Shown here one piece after another: positions 24,780-32,104 of a DNA stretch of 32,104 bases. The notes below the pieces were generated by a model that was not told the DNA's origin, did not search any database, and saw nothing but the letters and a program-made list of their open reading frames with translations. The stretch is from an uncultured Verrucomicrobiota bacterium. GTDB lineage: Bacteria > Verrucomicrobiota > Verrucomicrobiia > Limisphaerales > UBA8199. How positions within the stretch are numbered: position 1 is the stretch's first letter; each line of letters opens with the position of its first letter. The position numbers and the translations under genes were made by a program. The stretch covers positions 1-32,104 of the forward strand of contig CAZHEW010000003.1 of assembly GCA_964531815.1 (NCBI GenBank). The letters are read 5' to 3'.

Positions 24780-27296
24780 GTGAAAGCGCCCTCCTCCATT
24801 GTCTCGCCCGTTCGTTCGGCCCTGCTGGCCTCGGCAATCTCCGCCCTGCTCAGTGCCCCCTGGCAGGCCGGTCTGGCCGCGCCGGTTAGCGCAAACCAAG
24901 CGGCGGCGGCGGTTGCAGGCTGGCTGGGCCTGTGCCCAACGCCCCTGGGGGAGGCCCTGGGACAATCCGTGCAGCGCGTGGACACCTTCAATGACAAGGT
25001 TGGCAACCCGCTCTACCATGTGGCGTATTTGGAGCCAGCCGGCTTTGTCATCGTTGCCGCCAATGATTGGGTCGAGCCCATCATCGGCTTTGCTGCCGCG
25101 GGCAAGTTCGATCCGGCGGAGAACAACCCCTTGGGCGCGCTGGTAAGCCGGGATCTGGCCGGCCGCGTTGCCAGCGCGCAGAAAACAGGCTCCGCGGTTC
25201 CGGACAAGACCGCCGCCCAGTCCCAGGCGAAGTGGCAGCGGCTTTGCCCCAGGGATGGCGGGCCGGCGGCTTCACCCAAAGGACTAATCACCGTGTCGGA
25301 CCTCCGGGTGGCGCCGCTGCTCCAGAGCACCTGGAGCCAGCAGACTGCCGCCGATGCCGGCGTGGCCGCCTGCTACAACTACTACACGCCGCCCTACGCC
25401 GCCGGCAGCACCGCCAACTATCCGGCAGGCTGCGTGGCAACGGCTATGGCGCAACTTATGCGCTACTATCAGTTCCCCATCACCGGCGTCGGGTCGGCTG
25501 GCTTCCCGATAACTTACGATAGCATCCCCCTGACGTATTACTTGCGTGGCGGCAATGGCGCGGGCGAGCCCTACGTGTGGAGCAACATGCCTCTGGTGCC
25601 TCCCGCCAACCCGAGCTCGGCGCAGTGCCAGGCGATTGGCGCACTGGTCGCGGATGCCGGCGCCACCGTAAACACAGATTATGCCAGCGGTGGTTCTGCG
25701 GCGCCGCTGCTCGCTGCCAAGGGCGCGCTGATGGGCACGTTCAAGTTCGCCAATGCCGTCCAGGGCTGGAACAGCTCCGGCAATATCGGCGCCGGTTTGC
25801 CGGGCATGATCAATCCAAACCTGGACGCCCGGTGTCCGGTCCTGCTCGGGGTGGAGGGTGCGGCCGGGGGACATGGGGTTGTGGCGGACGGCTACGGCTA
25901 CAGTCTCTCCACACTCTATCATCACCTGAACCTGGGCTGGTCGGGCGCCGCCAACGCCTGGTATGCGCTGCCCCTGGTTGACACCGGGATTTACACCTTC
26001 ACGGTGGTGGACGAGTGCGTTTACAACGCCTACACGAACGGCACCGGTGAGATTATCAGCGGCCGGGTGCTGGACCAGCGCGCCAGACCGGTCGCCAGCG
26101 CGACGGTCACGGCCACGCGCAGCGGTGGCGGCACTTACACCGCAACCACGGACACCAACGGCATTTACGCCCTGGCCAGAATCCCCTCCTCTTCCTCCTA
26201 CTCGATTACAGTCAGCAAGGCCAACTACAGCAGCGCCAGCGGCAACTTCCCGACGGGCGTCTCTGCGGATTTGGCCGCCAGCAGCGGCAATTACTGGGGG
26301 GCCAACTTCACGCTGCACATGCTCCCGACAGTGCTGGACCGCCTTGTGTGGAGCCCCATCGGCACCACCCAGAGCCTGAGCACGCCGTTTGGCGTCACCC
26401 TGACCGCGCTGAATGCCGACAACGGCGTGATTGCCGGCTTCACTGGCCCCGTGGCGCTGAGCGCCTACGCGACGGGCGCACTCTCGACCAACACCCTCGT
26501 CGGGAACCTGGGCACCCCGGAATCCCAAACCGATCCCACCTACAACTGGACCATAGGCTACGAGTTTACCCCCACCACCACCTTGCAAGCATTCTCCGTT
26601 CGCTCCTACAGTGGAACCAAGGTCTCGGTTTGGACGGGGACGGGTGCGCTGGTGGCATCCAGGAACGTAACAAGTCCGCCCGGCACCTGGACCGAGACGG
26701 CGCTCAACGCACCCGTGACGCTTTCGGCCGGCACACCGTACCGGCTGGCCGCTTATTTCCCGGCCGGGACGCCTCAGTACTACAGCTACCAGTGGCCCAC
26801 GACGTTCCCCAATGGCACCATCGGCCAGAACTCCTATTACGTTTATGGCGAGGGGTTCCCCAACGAAGTCTCGGGCACGGGAGTAGGGATCTTTCTCGAC
26901 CTGCGCTATACCGTCCCCTACTCGAACTCGGTCTCAATCAGCCCCACCGCTTCGGGCAGCTTCGCCGGCGGCATTTGGAACGGGAGCGTCACCGTGGGAG
27001 CCGCCGCCAACAACGTGGTGCTCAAGGCCGACGACGGCGCCGGCCACACCGCCGCGAGCAACCCCTTCAACGTGGGCGCCGCCATCCGCCTCCTTTGGCC
27101 CCGGCTCGTGTCGGGAGGCAAATTCCAGTGCACGGTCTCCAGCGCCCCGGGCCTGAAGCTTGAAATCCTGGGCTCCGCCAACCTGTCGAGCTGGATAGCC
27201 GTGACCAACCTCACCAACACCACCGGCGCTATCCTCTTCACCGACCCGGCCACCCATTTCGTCCGCCGCTACTACCGCGCCCGCCAGTTGCAGTAG
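24780..27296 (+). CDS. Secreted C10 (streptopain-family) cysteine peptidase with CarboxypepD_reg-like, DUF4082-like and C-terminal beta-sandwich-like modules
   Basis: Signal peptide, then a prodomain-like YHVAYLEPAGFVIVAANDWVEPIIGF. Catalytic Cys context LLQSTWSQ...YPAGCVATAMAQLMRYYQFP and His context GGHGVVADGYG. GRVLDQRARPVASATVTATRSGG...TDTNGIYAL is CarboxypepD_reg-like. NWTIGYEFTPTTTLQAFSVRSY...PYRLAAYF is DUF4082-like. Confidence 0.85.
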   Translation: MKAPSSIVSPVRSALLASAISALLSAPWQAGLAAPVSANQAAAAVAGWLGLCPTPLGEALGQSVQRVDTFNDKVGNPLYHVAYLEPAGFVIVAANDWVEPIIGFAAAGKFDPAENNPLGALVSRDLAGRVASAQKTGSAVPDKTAAQSQAKWQRLCPRDGGPAASPKGLITVSDLRVAPLLQSTWSQQTAADAGVAACYNYYTPPYAAGSTANYPAGCVATAMAQLMRYYQFPITGVGSAGFPITYDSIPLTYYLRGGNGAGEPYVWSNMPLVPPANPSSAQCQAIGALVADAGATVNTDYASGGSAAPLLAAKGALMGTFKFANAVQGWNSSGNIGAGLPGMINPNLDARCPVLLGVEGAAGGHGVVADGYGYSLSTLYHHLNLGWSGAANAWYALPLVDTGIYTFTVVDECVYNAYTNGTGEIISGRVLDQRARPVASATVTATRSGGGTYTATTDTNGIYALARIPSSSSYSITVSKANYSSASGNFPTGVSADLAASSGNYWGANFTLHMLPTVLDRLVWSPIGTTQSLSTPFGVTLTALNADNGVIAGFTGPVALSAYATGALSTNTLVGNLGTPESQTDPTYNWTIGYEFTPTTTLQAFSVRSYSGTKVSVWTGTGALVASRNVTSPPGTWTETALNAPVTLSAGTPYRLAAYFPAGTPQYYSYQWPTTFPNGTIGQNSYYVYGEGFPNEVSGTGVGIFLDLRYTVPYSNSVSISPTASGSFAGGIWNGSVTVGAAANNVVLKADDGAGHTAASNPFNVGAAIRLLWPRLVSGGKFQCTVSSAPGLKLEILGSANLSSWIAVTNLTNTTGAILFTDPATHFVRRYYRARQLQ

Positions 27297-27513
27297 CTCG
27301 CGCCCTGCAATCCTGATCAGCCCGCACTTTTCGCCGCCCCCGCCAAAGCCCGCCGGCGCTGCCGATTCACCAAACGGTCACACAGGAGCACAACCACGAA
27401 GCCGCCGGCGGGACGCGCACGCTCCCCCGCCCAATCGCACCTTTACGACCGGGCTGGACAGCCGTTCCGCCCTATTCAACGCGCCCCCGGCGCCCCCCCT
27501 CGCGGTTCCCTTC

Positions 27514-27528
27514 TGGCAACTCGGTTGC
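27514..27528 (+). promoter_or_regulatory. Sigma54-like -24/-12 element, also a perfect palindrome (GGCAAC-TCG-GTTGCC)
   Basis: TGGCAA-CTCGG-TTGC has the canonical GG-N10-GC spacing of TGGCAC-N5-TTGC. It is also a 6-bp inverted repeat, so it could simply be a hairpin. Confidence 0.2.
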
Positions 27529-27546
27529 CCCCATCCCGCCCGGGGA

Positions 27547-27678
27547 CACCTCCATCCTACCTCCGTTCTACCTCCGTCGTACCTGGGTAGTACCCCCGTC
27601 TTACGCGCGGAGGTAGTGCGGAGATGGAACGGAGGTAGAACGGAGGTGGGATGGGCATGGGATGGAGGCAGGGCGGAG
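27547..27678. repeat. Palindromic array of 11-bp units, copy B
   Basis: Twelve contiguous 11-mers: CACCTCCATCC, TACCTCCGTTC, TACCTCCGTCG, TACCTGGGTAG, TACCCCCGTCT, TACGCGCGGAG, GTAGTGCGGAG, ATGGAACGGAG, GTAGAACGGAG, GTGGGATGGGC, ATGGGATGGAG, GCAGGGCGGAG. Same unit family as 4167-4254. Confidence 0.8.
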
Positions 27679-28060
27679 GGACCCGCAGCCGGTGGGCAGA
27701 ACAAAGCCTCTCTCGGCTTTGGATAGGCAGGCAAATCCGGGCTAATCGAGGTGCACGGCAGTCTCACTGATCAGTGGGGCCCAGAACCGCACCTGGTGGC
27801 TGGGGTCGCTCTCTCTTTTAGCGTCATTTCGCGTGTTTGGCGGGAAGTCTGTTGCATAGATACGGATTAGCGCGTTGGCCGCCAGCCACTACCGGGCCAG
27901 TCCGGGGCACCTGCCCCGCCGGGCGGCGGCCGCCAGGCTCGATCCAACCTGCGGCGGGCAGAGTCGGCCTTTTGACCTGCCCGCAACCCAGACACGCAGA
28001 AACGCGCAGAAAAGGCTTGCGCGGTTCCGATGCCAATCTCCACTCTTCTATCATACCAAG

Positions 28061-28903
28061 ATGAAAACGAACCTGTTCCTCACTGGCATTAGAGCAATAC
28101 TTATCTCCCTCGGCGTGGCGGCGTTGGGCGCCCATGCGGCGTTCGGCCAGGACGCGGTGTATGCCGCGCGTGTTTCCTCCAACAGCGACGTCAATTGGGA
28201 CGCACCCTTCTACTGGATTGATTATGGTCCCTACACGCCTTTTTTCACTTCCCCCTATAAGAGCACTGCAACCGATCCTGTCGGCACCCCTAACCGCGTT
28301 GGCTCCTACTCCCATACCGCCAGCTCGATGCCCGTGGGCGGGGGTTTTGGGCTGGTTCATGTCAACGGCACAAACGCGGGCGCGGTTTACGAGGTGCAGG
28401 TCACTCAGCCGTATTACCAGTTGGCCCCTGACGTCATCATGAACGTGGGTTCGACCAACTGCGACATCGGCGGGGTGTTCGGCGCGACCGCCGGCGGCGG
28501 GTGGACCAACACCACGGCCTTCCATAAGGCTTATTCTCTCAACCAATGGGCATTTACCTGCTACCTCACCAACCGGCCCGGCGTCACCCAGCCGCATATA
28601 GATTTCAAGTATGTCAGCGGCGGCACCGGCTCCGAGCGCACTTTTGCCGACTGCGTGCGATTCCATCAGATCGGCAGCGGCACCAACGCCCCTGCGCCGG
28701 TGCGGATCACGAAGGTGGAAGGCACCACGCTGGCCTACACAGGGGGCTCGGGCTCGCGCTTTGTGCTGCTTCAGTCCGCCGGCCTCCAGACCGCGCAAGC
28801 CAATTGGCAGCGCGTCGCCACCAACTCGGTGACTCCCGGCGACTTTACCATTCCGCCGGTGGGCGCGGCGGAGTCAGCATTTTACCGCATTCAGAACGAG
28901 TGA
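28061..28903 (+). CDS. Secreted hypothetical protein (possible golvesin/CBM-like N-domain plus a C-terminal module ending in FYR)
   Basis: The ATG at 28061 gives signal peptide MKTNLFLTGIRAILISLGVAALGAHAAFGQ; the track ORF starts at 27875. ...YEVQVTQPYY...TFADCVRFHQIG loosely resembles the C-terminus of the M28 protein. The last ~70 aa resemble the C10 peptidase C-terminus. Confidence 0.65.
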   Translation: MKTNLFLTGIRAILISLGVAALGAHAAFGQDAVYAARVSSNSDVNWDAPFYWIDYGPYTPFFTSPYKSTATDPVGTPNRVGSYSHTASSMPVGGGFGLVHVNGTNAGAVYEVQVTQPYYQLAPDVIMNVGSTNCDIGGVFGATAGGGWTNTTAFHKAYSLNQWAFTCYLTNRPGVTQPHIDFKYVSGGTGSERTFADCVRFHQIGSGTNAPAPVRITKVEGTTLAYTGGSGSRFVLLQSAGLQTAQANWQRVATNSVTPGDFTIPPVGAAESAFYRIQNE

Positions 28904-28956
28904 GAGACAGTCTGCGCGTTTCGAGTTATGCCTAACTTGAATCAATTCGTTGTCGT

Positions 28957-31900
28957 ATGAACTTCTCTTCGCTGTTCAGGCGCCTGAAGTCGCCCGCGAC
29001 GCCGTGGGGCCGGCGGTGCCGGTGGCTGGTTGTTGCGCTGCTGGTTTACACCCTGGTGGGTTTCTTTCTGTTGCCGGCGATCATCCGTTGGCAGTTGGTC
29101 AAACGCCTGCCCGGCCTGACGCTCCGGCAGGCCGCCGTGCAGAAAGTGAAGTTCAACCCGTATGCCCTCTCGCTTGCGGTTCAGGGCCTGGCGCTGACGG
29201 AGACGAACGGGACTCCGTTCGCCGGTTTTGATGAGTTCTTCGTCAACTTTCAACTCTCGTCGCTGTTCCACCGGGCCTGGACATTCCGGGAGATCCGGCT
29301 GGCGGGCCTGGAGGTGACGGTGGTGCGCGGCGCGTCAGGGCAATTCAACTTCGCCAACCTCGGCAAGGGCGCTCCGGCGCCCGAGCCCGAGCCCGCCAAG
29401 GAGCCGAAGCCGCTGCCGGCGGTGCTGGTCCGGCATTTGGTCGTGACGAACGGGGCGCTGAGCTTCACCGACGAAACGCGGGCCAAGCCGTTGCGCCTGG
29501 AGTTTCACCCGATTGACTTTGATCTGAAGAATCTGACCACACGGCCCAACGAAAAGGGCCAATACTCCCTGACCATGCTCACCCCGAGCGGCGGGCATTT
29601 CGGCTGGACGGGCACGGTGATGGCCAATCCGCTGCAGTCGGCCGGCACGTTCACGCTGCAAGGCGCGCACATGACGAACTACGCGCCTTACCTGGCCGAG
29701 GCAACGCGTGCTGAAATCGCGGACGGGCTGCTGGACGTCGCCGCGGACTACCGCCTGAACGCGGGGCCGCCGCTGCAACTGGAGGCCACCAATGCCACGG
29801 TGAAGATCGAGCGCCTGCGGGTCACCGCTCCCGGGGCGGGCGAAACACTGCTGGCGCTGAACAGTGTCAACGTCGGGGGCGCCTCGCTCAGCATGGCCGG
29901 CCGGGAAGCCCGCGTGCCGCGGGTGGCCGTGAGCGGTGGCTCGGCTGTGCTGCGGCGCGAGAAGGACGGGCAGTTGAACTGGCTCAAGCTGCTCGTGGCG
30001 CAAACCAATGCGCCGGCAAAAGCCGAGCCCCCGGCCGACGCGCCGGAAGGAACCAACGCCCCGTGGAAGGCGGTCGTGGAGGAGTTCAACCTGGATGACT
30101 TCGCGGTCAGAGTGGAGGACCACGTTCCGCCGAAGCCGGCGCAGCTCGGCCTCGATGGTTTACGCGTGCAGGTAAAGGGCGCTTCAAACCAAACCAACGC
30201 GCCGGTCGCGGCGACGGTGGAATTCAAGTGGCGCGGCGGCGGCACGGTGCGCGTCGAGGCGGACGGCACTTTGCAGCCGCCGGCCGGGGCGGCGAAGCTC
30301 GCCCTGACCGGTTTGGGGCTGCCGTCGCTGCAGCCCTACGTCGAGCAACAGCTCCGGTTGGTGCTCAATGCGGGCGACCTGAGCCTCAACGGCCAGGCGC
30401 ACTACGCGCCCGGCGACTCGAGCGCGCCGCTGGTGCGGTTCACCGGCGATCTGGCGCTGGCGAAGTTCGCCGCCACGGATACGGTGGCCTACCACGAACT
30501 GGCGAAGTGGGACAATCTGACCGTCAAGGGGATCACGTTTTCGCTGAAGACCAACGCCCTGGCAGTGAACGAGGTCAAGTTCCAGGGACTGGCGACCAGC
30601 CTGGTGGTCAGCTCGAACGGCCAGCTTAACGTGTCGGCTTTGATGAAGAAGGAGCCCGAGCCCGCGGACACCAATGCGCCCAGCGCGACCGCCGACGAGC
30701 AAAAGGCGGCAGATTCCGCGCCATTCCCGATCACAGTTGGAGCCCTGATTCTCGAGAAGTGCTCGTTTTACGCCGCCGACGAGTCGCTCACCCCCCGCTT
30801 CAACACCCGCATCGAGGAATTCAACGGCACCATTCGCGACTTGACCTTGCCGGGCGTCGGCAAGACCGGCGTGGACATCCGCGGCAAGATCAGCGCCCTG
30901 GCCCCCTTCGAGGTCACCGGCGCCATCACGCCCGATGCGAAGAATCCGTTTGTGGATTTGAAGCTGGGGCTCAAGAACAACGACCTGACGCCGTTCACCC
31001 CTTACAGCGAGAAGTACGTGGGGCACCCGCTCAACCGGGGCAAGCTCAGCTACGACATCAGTTACAAGGTGGAGAACCGGCAACTGCAAGCCACGCATGC
31101 GGTCGTGCTCGACGGCCTCACATTGGGCGCGCGCAACGAGAGCACCAACGCCCCGAATTTGCCGATCAAGCTCGCAGTGGCGCTGCTCAAGGACCGCAAC
31201 GGGCGGATTGACCTCGATCTGCCGGTCAGCGGCAGCCTGGACGATCCGAAGTTCAAAATCGGCGCGCTGGTGTGGAAAGCGCTCTCGAATATTCTGCTGA
31301 AAGTGGCCACCTCGCCGTTCTCGTTGCTGGGCGCAATCGTCGGCGGCGGCGGCGAAGAGCTGCAATACGTGGACTTTCCGCCCGGGGCCGCCACGCTCGA
31401 CGAGGCGCAGACCAACAAGCTGGCCAAGCTGATCCGGGCCCTTTACGAACGCCCCGCCCTGAGCCTTGAGATCAGCGCGACCGTTGATGCCGCCGCCGAC
31501 CGCGAGGCGCTCACACGGCAGAAGTTGCAGGACAAGCTCAAGTCGGCGCGCGCGGAGGAACTGACCGCGCAGGGCCAGGCGTTGCCGCCCCTGAGTGAAC
31601 TCAAGCTCGAAGCCTCCGACTACGAGCGATTGTTGCGCAAAGCCTATGGAGCGGCGTTCCCGGCAAAGCCGGAGAGCCCGCCCGCGCAGGAAGACTGGGC
31701 CGCCGCCGCGGCAACCACCCCGCCCGTCACGGCCGCCACGCCCCCACCCGCCATGCGTCCAGCAGTGGAGATCGAGAAAGGCGCCACACGACTCGCGCGC
31801 AGTTCAACCAATGCGGCGCCCGCCCAGGCGGCGTCGCCCACCGCACCGGCGACCGGCGGCGCACCGCCTCCCGCGCCTCAACCGGGGGCCGCAGCGACCC

Positions 31901-32104
31901 GCGAAGAAATGGAGCAGCGCCTGATGAGCACTCTGACTGCAACGGACGACGACCTGCGGGAGTTAATGCTGAAACGGACGCAAACCGTGCAGAAGCACCT
32001 GCTCGACAGCGGCAAAGTCACTGCCGACCGAATCTTCCTCACTGCTCCCAAGCCGGTGCCGTCAGGCACCAACGGCCTGGCGCGGGCAACGTTCTCCCTG
32101 GGCT
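28957..32104 (+). CDS. DUF748-domain (AsmA-like) large envelope protein; 3' end runs off the right edge
   Basis: Absent from the ORF track because it has no stop in the window. My hand translation of this frame from ATG at 28957 found no stop to the window end, and the track lists no ORF in this frame after 28957. It reads MNFSSLFRRLKSPATPWGRRCRWLVVALLVYTLVGFFLLPAIIRWQLVKRLPGL... (N-terminal TM). Repeated beta-rich segments follow, then LPIKLAVALLKDRNGRIDLDLPVSGSLDDPKFKIGALVWKAL, typical of DUF748 proteins as recalled from memory. Confidence 0.8.
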   Translation, partial: MNFSSLFRRLKSPATPWGRRCRWLVVALLVYTLVGFFLLPAIIRWQLVKRLPGLTLRQAAVQKVKFNPYALSLAVQGLALTETNGTPFAGFDEFFVNFQLSSLFHRAWTFREIRLAGLEVTVVRGASGQFNFANLGKGAPAPEPEPAKEPKPLPAVLVRHLVVTNGALSFTDETRAKPLRLEFHPIDFDLKNLTTRPNEKGQYSLTMLTPSGGHFGWTGTVMANPLQSAGTFTLQGAHMTNYAPYLAEATRAEIADGLLDVAADYRLNAGPPLQLEATNATVKIERLRVTAPGAGETLLALNSVNVGGASLSMAGREARVPRVAVSGGSAVLRREKDGQLNWLKLLVAQTNAPAKAEPPADAPEGTNAPWKAVVEEFNLDDFAVRVEDHVPPKPAQLGLDGLRVQVKGASNQTNAPVAATVEFKWRGGGTVRVEADGTLQPPAGAAKLALTGLGLPSLQPYVEQQLRLVLNAGDLSLNGQAHYAPGDSSAPLVRFTGDLALAKFAATDTVAYHELAKWDNLTVKGITFSLKTNALAVNEVKFQGLATSLVVSSNGQLNVSALMKKEPEPADTNAPSATADEQKAADSAPFPITVGALILEKCSFYAADESLTPRFNTRIEEFNGTIRDLTLPGVGKTGVDIRGKISALAPFEVTGAITPDAKNPFVDLKLGLKNNDLTPFTPYSEKYVGHPLNRGKLSYDISYKVENRQLQATHAVVLDGLTLGARNESTNAPNLPIKLAVALLKDRNGRIDLDLPVSGSLDDPKFKIGALVWKALSNILLKVATSPFSLLGAIVGGGGEELQYVDFPPGAATLDEAQTNKLAKLIRALYERPALSLEISATVDAAADREALTRQKLQDKLKSARAEELTAQGQALPPLSELKLEASDYERLLRKAYGAAFPAKPESPPAQEDWAAAAATTPPVTAATPPPAMRPAVEIEKGATRLARSSTNAAPAQAASPTAPATGGAPPPAPQPGAAATREEMEQRLMSTLTATDDDLRELMLKRTQTVQKHLLDSGKVTADRIFLTAPKPVPSGTNGLARATFSLG

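Noticed and set aside
27378-27767. 129-aa minus-strand ORF across the 11-bp repeat array.
   Set aside because: The reading frame is created by the periodic repeat itself (PPFHLRTTS..., GGRTEVG). It has no start context and low-complexity composition.

Overview
High-GC bacterial chromosomal window. Gene content suggests a PVC-group, Verrucomicrobiota-like organism, but that is inference only. Most of it is ordinary housekeeping. On the minus strand: lpxB plus a Gfo/Idh/MocA oxidoreductase, and a thrH-like gene. On the plus strand: plsY, purA-uppS, and prs-rplY-pth-rpsF-ssb-rplI.

Other content:
- A minus-strand MoxR-DUF58-DUF4381-VWA-VWA/TPR operon (Bat-type) at 17.6-24.4 kb.
- Several large secreted proteins: an M28 peptidase with Ig, lectin-like and golvesin-like domains; a C10 (streptopain-family) peptidase with DUF4082; a small secreted protein; and a DUF748/AsmA-like protein.
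- Two real genes missing from the ORF track because they run off the window edges: an FAD-dependent oxidoreductase (1-416, minus) and the DUF748 protein (28957-32104, plus).

Most noteworthy observations:
1. A small DUF4160 + DUF2442 overlapping gene pair sits between moxR and the rest of its operon. It is bracketed by a degenerate duplicate of the moxR 3' end (49/54 nt identical by hand alignment).
2. Two copies of an unusual palindromic array of 11-bp units (TACCTCCGTTC / GTAGAACGGAG) lie in intergenic DNA at about 4.2 kb and 27.6 kb.
3. Several leader or intergenic hairpins and short tandem repeats are not explained by the genes.

No tRNA, rRNA, CRISPR array, transposase or integrase was recognised. 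All family assignments come from motif recognition by eye, not from searches.
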